Source of the DNA: Schizochytrium sp. TIO01
Lineage: Eukaryota; Protista; Bigyra: Labyrinthulomycetes
Reading direction: 5' to 3'
Assembly (NCBI GenBank): GCA_004764695.1
Contig: SMSO01000036.1
Location: 806,001-870,000, forward strand
DNA: 64,000 bases
A model generated the notes under the pieces. The model did no database searches and was not told where the DNA came from. It saw nothing but the letters and a program-made list of their open reading frames with translations. Made by a program: the position numbers and the translations under genes. This document shows, piece by piece, positions 23,263 to 33,841 of this stretch. Positions within the stretch are counted from its first letter, which is position 1. Each line of letters starts with the position of its first letter.

Positions 23263-25299
23263 TCACGACTCGGTGAGCTTCTCACACCCTGCTTGCCAGG
23301 ACGCCAGAAGTTGATGCCTTCGTGATATACGGGCAAGCTGATCCTTTTCAAAATGCGAAGCCTCAGACGATGATGTTTGGGGGTTAGAAAGAACATAATC
23401 AGTGTCGGCTCTTTCATTTTCAGTTATTTGGGCATGAGCCTGATGCAAATCATAAAAATTTGTGGAGTCTCGCGCATTGCATTTGTTCTTGTTTTTGTTC
23501 GAAGTTTCCAGTAAGTGCAGCTGGGATATATCATTTTGTAACGCCTCAACTTTAGATTTCATTTTCTCATTCTGAGTTTGCACTGCAGCACACAATGCTT
23601 CTCTTTCTAAAATATCCTTTCGAGCTTTCTGAAGCTGTTCGAATTGGTTCGCCAAGTCACGTTCGCAACTAGCAAGATGAGTTATCAGTCTGGTACAAAG
23701 TTTCAGAAGTTCCTTCTCTCGGTTTTCACTTTGCTGATATAAAAGCTTTGTGTCGAAAACTAGCGCAGGAGAAAACTCACGACCTGATGTGGATTCGTAT
23801 CTACTCACTTGAGCTACGAGCTCCTGGTAAATTGATTGCAAGTTTATAGGGGTGGGGGTCTTGTTGTCCGGCTGAGACTGTTCAATTGTCAAAGTGTCGT
23901 TACCGAGCTTTAAAGAGTCATCCCCTAAAGAATGGTTGTCCAGAGGCACTGTAGAACGCACCTCTGTCATATTAATGCCCGTCGCACTAGCTTTACTATC
24001 TCGATGAGTCGGGGATTTAATGAGCCAGGTCGGTGACAAGATTGAATTCAGAGTAAGGTCTTGCTCTTCGGCAGATACACCTTCATTTTCAAGGCGCTTG
24101 CGAGCGCTGCGGTCAAAACGCGATACATGCTGAAGACGATGCTTTTTCTGTGCCTCTTCGTTAAGCTTGAACTTCGATAAGTCATGGATTGTGCTATCCC
24201 AAGCCGGACGAGGTTTAGATTTGGGTGTTTGGTTCACTTTAGAGGAAGGTTTCTGACGATGTCTAGGAGTTCGTAATTGAGAAGACCTTCTGAGCTCACG
24301 GGACGAAGGAGTACGCGATTTTTTAGCAGAAGAAGAAGCTCTGTAGTTCTGAGCCCTGACCTCGCATTGGTTTCCCTTGAGTTGTAAAGATGACTTTGAA
24401 TCTTGGGGTTGATTATTTTTTGTAGAGACGGCAACTCGTGTCTGTGGCGAACCCGATGGAAGTCTGAGAGGCGATCCTAGGCTTTGCTTGCCCTTCACCA
24501 TCGAAAGTGACCGCAGCAAATGATTTCCTGCCTCTGAAGAAAGGTTAATATCATGCGTGGATTTAACTAGCTCCGACCCAAGTTGGGGACAGTTGGACAT
24601 TGCTGCTATTGAACTTGACTTTGAATATTGATGCTGAGATGCACTTGGTAACGAGGAATTTTTTGACACTGTCTCTGTTGGTGTTAAAGCTTGAGGTTCT
24701 TTGCGGCCTGCTTCATAACACTCAGCAGATGACGACTTTGATGATCGAGACCGGCTGCTTAAATCTGGATTGTTTCTTTTCCCTACCGTGGAAGTTGCTT
24801 CTACAGCAGGGTCTGACAAATAAGTTGGACTTAAGTCAAAACGAAGGCGACGGCGAGTACCCCCTTTATCGCTATGAGGCGTGACTTGGGATCCTGTGAA
24901 GCTCTTTTCAGGGATCTGGACTGGTACTTGTTTGCTTTCTGAAGCTAGTACGTCAGCACTCTTTCCAGCTGGCAGATTTTCTTCATTCGACATGTGGGCA
25001 AGGTTCTCTGTGAAATGAATACTGACATCTCCACTGCTTACCCCAGAGTCGCCCACTTTATCGTGAGCGTTATGAAGATGCCATGGACTAGGCATTTCTA
25101 AATCAGCATCCTCTTCTTGATTGGCCGATTGATTCTGAAAGGTTCGAAGGATGTCCTCCATACCTGTGTCTTTGAGGCGTGTCATACTTAAACGAGTGGA
25201 GAGAAGGCTGGTAAGTGGTGTTTCACCGAGCTCACGACGCGCAGCCTCCAGCTCTGGACTCTGGAGTGGACCTTCGAGACGCCTAAACTCGTTGTCCAT
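23263..25299 (-). CDS. Ser-rich, coiled-coil protein with SPICE1/CCDC52-like motif
   Basis: First ATG at 25299. Internal PAWDSTIHDLSKFKLNEEAQKKHRLQHVS resembles the SPICE1 conserved WDxTxxDL...H motif. C-terminal coiled coil. Confidence 0.6.
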   Translation of the reverse strand: MDNEFRRLEGPLQSPELEAARRELGETPLTSLLSTRLSMTRLKDTGMEDILRTFQNQSANQEEDADLEMPSPWHLHNAHDKVGDSGVSSGDVSIHFTENLAHMSNEENLPAGKSADVLASESKQVPVQIPEKSFTGSQVTPHSDKGGTRRRLRFDLSPTYLSDPAVEATSTVGKRNNPDLSSRSRSSKSSSAECYEAGRKEPQALTPTETVSKNSSLPSASQHQYSKSSSIAAMSNCPQLGSELVKSTHDINLSSEAGNHLLRSLSMVKGKQSLGSPLRLPSGSPQTRVAVSTKNNQPQDSKSSLQLKGNQCEVRAQNYRASSSAKKSRTPSSRELRRSSQLRTPRHRQKPSSKVNQTPKSKPRPAWDSTIHDLSKFKLNEEAQKKHRLQHVSRFDRSARKRLENEGVSAEEQDLTLNSILSPTWLIKSPTHRDSKASATGINMTEVRSTVPLDNHSLGDDSLKLGNDTLTIEQSQPDNKTPTPINLQSIYQELVAQVSRYESTSGREFSPALVFDTKLLYQQSENREKELLKLCTRLITHLASCERDLANQFEQLQKARKDILEREALCAAVQTQNEKMKSKVEALQNDISQLHLLETSNKNKNKCNARDSTNFYDLHQAHAQITENERADTDYVLSNPQTSSSEASHFEKDQLARISRRHQLLASWQAGCEKLTES

Positions 25300-26343
25300 G
25301 TTGGTTGAACGACTTGAACTCTGTGCCAGTTGAGAGTTGACCAAGACGCTACGCAGGATGTGGGAGGTCTATTGGTTCTGCTGCCTTGTTCCTTAATGGT
25401 TGGTTTGCAAAATGATTTCTGCTCGCCTTCTATGGAGGTACAAGCACCTACTTCATGTGCAACTAATACAGCCCGAAGCGTTCATTTGGTTTTGCTGTTT
25501 TATTTACCAGGCACCTAGGTAAGAAGTAACCTAGAATACCTACTAGGGGTACACTGAGCATGGAGGGGGTGGGAAAAATTATAAAATTTAAAAAGAATTA
25601 TAGGTAGGTTGGTAAACATATCAAAACTTGGTGTGTCCACGAAGAGGGTCACGTATTAGTCTACGCTAGAGAAACTTGGAACATTTAACAGCAATAGCGA
25701 TATGTTCTCTGTATTTTCTAATATTAGGGCATTATCCGATCCGACCGATCACAAAATCCTTGTCCATACCACATACTCGGGAAACTACTCCTTCTAAAAC
25801 CACTTTCGAACGTTGAAAAGAGTTCTCTTTTCTAATGGTATCCCAAAAATGAATCACACAATCAAAAGATCTTCAAGTGTAATACACATCCAACGATAAA
25901 AACAAAGAATCTACAAAATATTTCATACTCAGGTACCTTTTTTAAATTTTAAATGAAGACAAAAGAGGACTCTTCGAAGTCACTGCTTTCATTTAATTAA
26001 ATATAAGTCAACATAATAATACAGGAAAAAACAAGATACGGACTGAAAATTGCGCCATGTTTATCACGGATTGAAACTATTGGAGATATTAAATATGGCA
26101 GAGTATGTTTGTCCGAGATTGAGCTTTTATTATTTACACACTAACCAAGAGTTGCACATGGAACGAAGGCACGTATTATTTTATCATTGCTAAAGCGCAA
26201 AATCTGTACTATAAAATGCGCTCTAATCCCTTTAGGGAAAAAAAGTTATCATCTCATTGTGGACCCCAGCTCCTCAATTTTACCATGTAGAATTAAAGGT
26301 AGAAAAAACTGCTCTCATCATGCATAGTAGAATTGTTAGATTA

Positions 26344-29343
26344 TTATACATCTAGAACCATGATATCTGGTAGCATTACTTGGTTTAGCTGATCCAGTAT
26401 ATTACTGTCGATAGAGTGTGTTGAGCCTTTTTGCAAACTCTCTCGAAGTTTGTTAAGCTGCATAGCAGGAGAAGAGGCTTGTTGAAGCTTCTGAACTGTT
26501 TCTTGTACAAATACTGACGTCGGTTTCGACCGCATGAAAATATGCGAGCGATGATGGGATTGTTGTTTAGCATCTCTTGAAATCAAATCACCCACAACGC
26601 GAGGGAGGCGTGCTTGCAAAGCAAATGAAATACGATCGCATGCTTGAGACAAAGAAATAGCAGCGGTTGTTTCACAAATTGCTTCGTTCTGTTTGAAAAA
26701 ACGACCTTGAGATGCACAGCTAGCACGGACAAGGTCAGATACCGGGCCTCGCAAACTATCTTGAGCAAAAGAAATGAGTGCATCCGCAGCTTTGTGGCAC
26801 GCGACATTTGTGACTCGCTCAGGGCTACTCATAGCAGGGTATTTCTGCAAAGCTTCCGTCACAGCATTAACAAGAATGTCATGCCCCGGACCTTCCGCAA
26901 GATCTTCGAGGAAACCATCTGATAATAAGCGGCTAGTAAAGTCAACTATTCTCTGCATTCGAGGATTGCGATGTAAGAACGCGGTAGCTAATGCGCGTTG
27001 AACATTGGTATCCTCATCAAGTGGCACTTCCGCTTGGAGAATTCGTGAATCCTGGTCCTTTGCTTTGGGAAAAGATCCCAAGTGTGAGAGCTCTGCTTGA
27101 GACATATCCTGAGACAATTGCCTGCAGAGTCGAGATGAGCAAGGCCAGCCGTTTGCAAATGCCGAGCTCTTAATGATATAGTCAATATCACCTGACCATA
27201 TGTTTGCATAATTGTGGCTATTACTTAACTCAGAAGAAGGAACGGATCCTTTCACAACAGTTGATACTGTAACATCGCCCACGAAGTTAAATAAAGCTTC
27301 GATCTCCGATGCAATAAACAGCTGCTCAGGCTTGGTACGGTTTCTGACGCAGTCAAGGATTTTAGCAAGTTCACACAGTGCGTTTCGGAAGCCGCTGTTT
27401 GCCCATATTACTGAATTTTGGGAGTGAACACGCAGCATTTCAGTAGTCCATGGAACAGTTTGTAGCAAAAGCTTCTTCTGCTGTGCACTCTTGAGAGAAT
27501 CCACGGCCAGTAGAAGTGAACCCGATTGTGCCCTTGCAGACACATCAGATGCCTGCAACATTAAGGTTGATAGGGCTTCAGAGCGCTCTTGGAAAACTGG
27601 GTCATGTATCCAGGCAAAAGATGCACAACCAAGGGTTCCCAAGAGTCGTCCTAGAGCGCGAGCAATGTGAAGGTGGGCAACACACTTTCCAGGAGTTGCA
27701 GCATCCTCTCCGAAAGTGTTCGATTCGCTTAGCTGAGCAACTTCGTTTTGAGCTACGTTCTCAATCGAAAGTAGTATGAGATGATTGTTGCATTCTTTTA
27801 CAAAACACTGAAAAAATGTGTCTGTTGTAGACCGCAGCGCAGTTTTATCAGTACAAACTTGCATCATGGTTACAACAAAAAGTTGGGCGAACCAGTGGGT
27901 ATTTGCACGCTCAAGTAAAGTGGTGCATTTCGCTACAGCATCAGTGACAATGCCGTGACAAACTTCTAGAGAATTTGAAATGCCTGCCGGGCCGGCCATG
28001 TTCTTTTGTTCTGAATCATTGGTTTGAAGAGCCTCAAATTTACGTAGAGATCCAAGAAAGTGGTCTCGTGTAGTCTCACGATTTATAAATAAGCGAGAAA
28101 GGTCGGCCTTTTGAAAATGTAGACGAGAGTCTGTTTCAGCCCGAAAAGGTTGAGCAAGCCCAACACCATCAATTCCGCCATCTACCACAGCTTCTGTTGA
28201 AGAAGAAGATTCTACACTAAGCAACATCTTGTGTACAACAGGAGCAGCATATTGCCGTAATGTCTGGAATTTGGTGAGAAGGTTGAGGAGAGGTGCGCCA
28301 AATGCCGTCAGAAGGCTATCGAGGTGTTTAATAACAACGCATACAAAATGAACCCAACTATCAACAGTACTCGGAAAGAATTCTGCGGCATTATTGAGAC
28401 CTTTAGTCTGAGAGTTTTCCTGCGTTTCGTGTCCATGTTCGAAGAGCTGCAAGCTGCTACCGACCTTTTTCTCAATTTTTGAAATGTGGCTGGCTTCGGA
28501 TTCTTTATGAGTGTTTGTGAGTGATGAATCGTCGCTACTCCGTAACGAAGACTCTTTTAAAGTTTCTTTGTGAATGAAGCGTTCAAGTTTAACAAGCACG
28601 GAGAAAAGGAAATCTAATTCAGCTTCGCAACAAGGCATGCACCCAGCACTTATGAGGGATGCATACTGATGATGTAATAAAAAGCCATTCGGAAGCCATT
28701 TGAGTCAGTGACCGAGGTCATTCAGAGAAAATAGCCCAAAATCTCCGTTGTGCGGGTAGATTTCTGTAACAAAGTGTTAACTTACTAATTGAGCCAGCTG
28801 GGCGATGTGCCGTCGACTGCGAGGAGAAAGATCTAGTATCGCAAGCCGCGGAGCAATTGCAGGGCTCGAAGCATCTTCGGCATTAGAGTGATCTATAGGT
28901 AGGAAGGATGAATGCGGAATAGGAGAACGCAGATTACGCCTTCCAAAGGCTTCATTGGGCTTTCGCCGGCGCTTTGCAAGTGCATCAGCTTCCTTCCGCT
29001 GGCGACTACGACCTCGAGATTGGTCTTGATCCTCATCAATCTGCATATGGGTAGTCTCGTCTTGCAGATAATTGCGGTTACGCTTTGAGCTTTCATCGGA
29101 AATATTTGATTCGGGAAGAAGCACTTTACTTGCTTCTAAACGAAGTGCTTGGCTAAGCTCTTGTGCGAAGGTTGTTGCTCTTTTTATGGTTGACGCCCCG
29201 ACCTTCTCATCTTTGGATAGGGGATCCTCGTTTTGAGACCTACTACAGCGGTACGTAGAACATGTTTGAACTATGGAATCAATGGACTCGCGCCCTTCTG
29301 ACAGCTCACGTAAAGTAGTCGCCAAAGACAGCTCCCGCGCCAT
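26344..29343 (-). CDS. CDAN1: Codanin-1-like protein, 2 exons
   Basis: Exons 29343-28786 and 28665-26344 (GTAAGT..CAG, in frame) give LAQL|YASLISAGCMPCCEAELDFLFSVL. Further codanin-like blocks: PFRAETDSRLHF...RDHFLGSLRKFE, ARALGRLLG, TVPWTTEML, QRALATAFLHRNPRMQRIVDF. Confidence 0.8.
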
Positions 29344-30560
29344 GAGTGTTCGATAAGTACAAAGCAGCTTTAGTTTGATTGCTTTAGTGCATTTTTCTGA
29401 CTTAGTAGTAAAGTTCTAGATAGTGTTATTAGCTCATAGTTAGAGTTACCATATTTTAGGTTATTACTATATAGAATATTTACATAAATACAATATTCTC
29501 TTCTCTAAGATGTAGTAACTAAGATCAGACTTCTAGTAGTTTGATACTAGGATACCTGCATGACATCTTTTCTCATGCAAAAATGAAAAAAATTCAACCG
29601 AAGTGTTTCAAAATCTGCAAGAATGTGCCAGAATTAAAGGGAAGAAGAATCGAGAAATGCATTCCCACACATCATATGTAAGGGTACCTATCATGATGTG
29701 TTTGGTTTTCAAATATAACTGTCTTGGTAGTTGTTGTTGTAGAAGTAGTATTTGTTGTTGATGTTTTTGCTGTTTAAAAAGAAGAAAGCGTAGTATGACC
29801 TCTGGCAAGCAAGACAGTACACAAGATACTATGGTTTCCTCGACTGATACGACTCAGTTGATTATACCAGCCCTTTGAGAGAATCCTGTACTTTAGCAAA
29901 GTCCCTAGAACATGGTTGAGTCTAACTACAAAAGGTTCGAGCTTGAAGCGTGTTTGCCTTCCTACATACTTGTAGAAAGGTAGGCGTATGTTTAGGTCTT
30001 AAGTATTTAATCTCCTGAGTACACTCAAAGAGAGAGAACAACTAACAACAATATTTTGCTTGCTAGCTTGCACACTACCCCGTCAGTATTGAAATGCGCG
30101 TATAAGCCTTGCCTGTGGATCGTTGAATCCGTGCATTCATGAAAGGTGTGGCAGAGACTATGGTAGGTACCTAGCGATTGAAAAGAAGAGAAACAAACGG
30201 GACCAGAGCAAGTAGTTGGATTAAAGTAACAGCTAAACAAAACCAAGATCGTTTCCCAATGCTCGAAGTCTGGCTGCGCTAGTATCACTAGTATTTTTTC
30301 GTTTGTAAGTCACAAAAATGAAGTGAGATGTAGGAGAGTGACATAGAATATATTAAGAGATGCACCTTGCGCAGTCTTACTGGTCAGAGGCTCTATCTAA
30401 CGTTTTCCAAGGTTTAAAATGATACCTCTGTCATAACCTTTGTACTCTCTGTTTTTTTTTTGTATTCTCGATTGCCGGAAAGCTAAGTACGGTAGTATTA
30501 TAGGTATAAGCTAGTAGAACCCTATACTCGGTTAATTCGACATCTAGTCAGAAGAGACCA

Positions 30561-30706
30561 TCACCACGTCATTCTTTTTTTTTTCTGTCTTTTTTTTTTC
30601 ATTTCTTCACCACGTCATTCTTTTTCTGTCTTTTTTTTTTCATTTCCTCACCACGTCACTCTTTTTCTGTCTTTTTTTTTATTTCCTCACCACGTCATTC
30701 TTTTTC
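30561..30706. repeat. Minisatellite, ~3.5-4 copies of a ~40-46-bp unit TCACCACGTCA(T/C)TCTTTTTCTGTC(T)nCATTTCC
   Basis: Units start at 30561, 30607, 30648 and 30687; they differ mainly in T-run length. Confidence 0.9.
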
Positions 30707-31248
30707 ACTTCTTACCAAGTCTATTTTTAATACCAATCACCTGATTGCCTCGTCATCCCGTACAATGGTATGATATCTAATACCAACCACCATACACTCA
30801 AAAAGTTTGACTCCGCTTAGGTATGTAGGTACTACTATCCCTTGCTGACTAAGATTTAAATAAAAAATATAAAAAAATACTTTTTTTAAATAAATTAATT
30901 GTCCATACCGTACTACCTGCAAATTATTAGTGTAGAAGGGATACGTGCTCTTTAACTAAACCCCCTCGAAGTTGGGAGGCAAACCTGAAACTCGGCACTA
31001 GGGATTTGCAGAACCTTATCTAGAAAAAGTCTCATCATCGACTCATCTGTGCTTTACCAAAACAGAACTGCATCAGAATCAAAGCTCATATTGTCCTTCA
31101 CCTCCAAAGAAATACAGGGATTCGCTGCTTTATTGGGCAGACTTCGAGAGTTTGTTCAGTGATAGGCATTATAACTTCCCTCTCATCAATCTATCAGAGA
31201 CTATTCCTATATTTGACCTCAATTAAAACCCAAGTACAACCATATACA

Positions 31249-32064
31249 ATGTCGAGACAATACTCGTCGTGCGAGCTTGGTCTTCCAAAGATTAAAGGTT
31301 TATGTGAGCGGACCAAAGAAGAAAAGGCCGAAGCGCACCGCGCTGATAAAGAATCACACGCAATTTTAAAGTTATTACGGAGGGATAACAAGACATGTGC
31401 AGACTGTGAAGCTCCAAATCCAGGGTGGGCTGCCCTTCCTCACGGTGTGTTTATCTGTATAGAATGTGCTCAGGTTCATCGGTCTCTTGGTCGACACATT
31501 AGTCAGGTGAAGTCATTTTCAACTGGAACGTACCTATGGTACGAAGATGAAATTGATTGTATGCGTCAAATGGGGAACCGCCGCGCTAACAATTTATATC
31601 TTCAAAATTATAGTCTAACAACACAACTCCATACGACTCTCGACCTACAAGACCGAAATGCGGTCGCTGTCTTCATTCGTAATAAATATGTGACATTGCG
31701 CTGGATTGGTAGGTTCGCCCAACAACAACAATGTCGAACTCTCTCTCTAAACGGCTCGGTAAATAGAGGCTTTCAAACAGGTATAGAATTGCCTGAAGAC
31801 AAATTCAAAGGAAATAAAGTTGGACACCCAAACAAGAAGATACATGGATTTGGAGATTCTTCGGCAACTAATTTGGAGGAAACTCTGCCGAAAGTAGAAA
31901 GTGAAGAATGCAATTCTCTGTCATTTAGAAATCATACAAAAATTAAATCTCTCCTGCATGTTGGCGAGACTTCACACGAGGAGCGTTGTAAGAGAATTCT
32001 TGCAGCTTATGATAGTTCCGAATTTTTTGCTCAGTTTGGCATTTCAAAAGGACCTTATTATTAA
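31249..32064 (+). CDS. ArfGAP domain protein
   Basis: ATG at 31249. Zinc finger CADC-x16-CIEC followed by AQVHRSLGRHISQVKS (catalytic Arg present); MGNRRAN; FIRNKY. Confidence 0.9.
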   Translation: MSRQYSSCELGLPKIKGLCERTKEEKAEAHRADKESHAILKLLRRDNKTCADCEAPNPGWAALPHGVFICIECAQVHRSLGRHISQVKSFSTGTYLWYEDEIDCMRQMGNRRANNLYLQNYSLTTQLHTTLDLQDRNAVAVFIRNKYVTLRWIGRFAQQQQCRTLSLNGSVNRGFQTGIELPEDKFKGNKVGHPNKKIHGFGDSSATNLEETLPKVESEECNSLSFRNHTKIKSLLHVGETSHEERCKRILAAYDSSEFFAQFGISKGPYY

Positions 32065-32499
32065 ATATAATCCAAGGAAGCTAGTATTTTCAATTTTTAA
32101 TTTTCGCAAACAACTAAAATATGAACCTCTCCCTAATTTTTTTTAATTTTTTAGTCATGTAGGGTTGGTAAACAACAAGTTTTTGCGCCTCTTCTTGATG
32201 TTGAAGTGAGTGGGAAAAGATAATGGTAGGTTCAAAACCAGAGTATGATAAACGTTGCAAACTGAGACGAGCACCTGTGTGAAACAACATTAGAAAGATG
32301 AAGATTTTTATATTATAATTATTTCCCTGTGCTCCTCGCCTTTCAGCCTCATTTCCCTGCCCTTCATTCATCATAAAATTGCATCAGAAATCTCAAGTAA
32401 TTGAAGGTATTATCTACCTACCAACCAACCAACCTATTTAATACATATTAAAACTAGTAAATGGTTGTAGTTGGCTTTTCTTAGTCAGCACATACCAAT

Positions 32500-32635
32500 A
32501 CTACAAACTACTTCTAGTAGGCCTCTACTCGCAAGCATTTTAGAATTTAACCTCGCAAAACTTGCAGTTTCTATGGTGAGTTGGGGCTAAGGCCAATCGC
32601 AGATTTTAAACCAATTCGCGACTCAATGATAACTT
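32500..32635 (-). ncRNA. Candidate Fanzor omegaRNA scaffold / transposon right end (degenerate)
   Basis: Lies directly 3' of the Fanzor stop. Contains the hairpin AGTCGCGAATT-GGTTTAA-AATCTGCGATT (32623-32595), the GC-rich motif GCGATTGGCCTTAGCCCC (32600-32583), a small GCAA-GTT-TTGC hairpin and a repeated TTGCGAG. Boundaries are approximate. Confidence 0.4.
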
Positions 32636-33295
32636 CTAAATCATGTTTTCAGATAGGTAGCGCAAAAGGATGCCTCTGGCAGCGTGGACATCACAATCGA
32701 CTACGTGTGTGCATTTGGGACATTTAAAAACCTTGAATGTTCGGAGCTTGTCTACATTCATTGCATGGTGCCACCCACATTCAATGTATGGTTTTGAAGT
32801 GCCATCTCCTCTGCAAGTAACTTGTTTATATCACTGGAAGGGAGGAAGCTCGGCTTTGCGAATGAACTCTTATTGGAAGCCGACCTACGACACATCATTC
32901 GAGCTGTGTTGATTTTCATCCATCTTGTTAACTTGTTGAGTCTTCAAATTTAGGCATAGAAATAACACGGTAGTTTTCACAGAGCCAAAGTGCAAGCTTG
33001 CAGTGAATCCCGGTAGTGCAACAGTGGGCCCGTTGAAGTTGACCCCTCTACCGATGTCTTTGTAGACGGCGGCGGCAACTGAAGAGGCACGCTGGAGGTT
33101 ATCAAATTTGACATTTGAAATTCCCTTTTTGCTTGGCGGAGGACACTATAGCGTAGTTAATGGCAAGGTCAGTGCTGCGTTATTCGCGGCCACAGAAACA
33201 AACCGCAGCCATTGGTGCCCTCAATGTCGTCACTTGCGTATATGCGATTACCTCAGAGGAAGCGCCCGAAGGTCACTTGCTGAGACACCAAACTT
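32636..33295 (-). pseudogene. Decayed, internally deleted Fanzor2/IS607-TnpB-like RNA-guided nuclease gene
   Basis: Frameshifted minus-strand fragments occur in collinear order: SASDLRAL; HQWLRFVSVAANNAAL/TDLAINY; KFDNLQRA; RHR*RGQLQRA; IHCKLALWLCENYRVISMPKFE; KINTARMMC; FQ*EFIRKAE; TSKPYIECGWHH...KVFKCPKCTHVVDCDVHAARGILLRYLSENMI* (stop 32638-32636). Confidence 0.8.
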
Positions 33296-33841
33296 CTGGT
33301 TGAACTACTTTGATCATTTAAATTGAAGGTTTCAGTCACTTCTAGTGTTTGGAGCTTATTCCTCAGCCATTCCAGTTTCTTTACCCTCCACTCCTTAATA
33401 GTAAAGACCTAAACATTTTTTGTTTTATATATCATGTGAAATAGTCACGACCATTTGGAGGTTATATAAGTTCTAACATTTTCCTAGTAAGTACTTTTGC
33501 TCCATTTTTTTTTAAAAACAAAGTTAGACAAAATTAATTTTTAAAAATAAAAGAACGAATGGAACACAAGAACAGCAATAAGAACAGAATATGAAGAACA
33601 AAACAAGAATGAGAACAAAACAAGAAGAACAAAATAACGAGAGCAACTTCAAGGAGAAAAGTAAGCAGTACCCTACTACGATAGTAGTAGATGTCTGCCT
33701 ACCACTACCATGACAACATCATCGACGCCAACTACAATAGCGACGACTAGAACTTCAAGACAAGAGCGGCGCTCAAACAGAAACGTTTGACACACCCACT
33801 GAGGGAGCAGAACGGCGCTCAGCCGAGCGAGCACAAACAAG

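Noticed and set aside
30561-30706. CRISPR-like repeat/spacer pattern
   Set aside because: The intervening sequences are near-identical T-rich units, there are no cas genes, and the context is eukaryotic.
32670-33326. Plus-strand ORFs 32670-32912 and 33108-33326
   Set aside because: Antisense shadows of the Fanzor remnant with no recognisable protein features.
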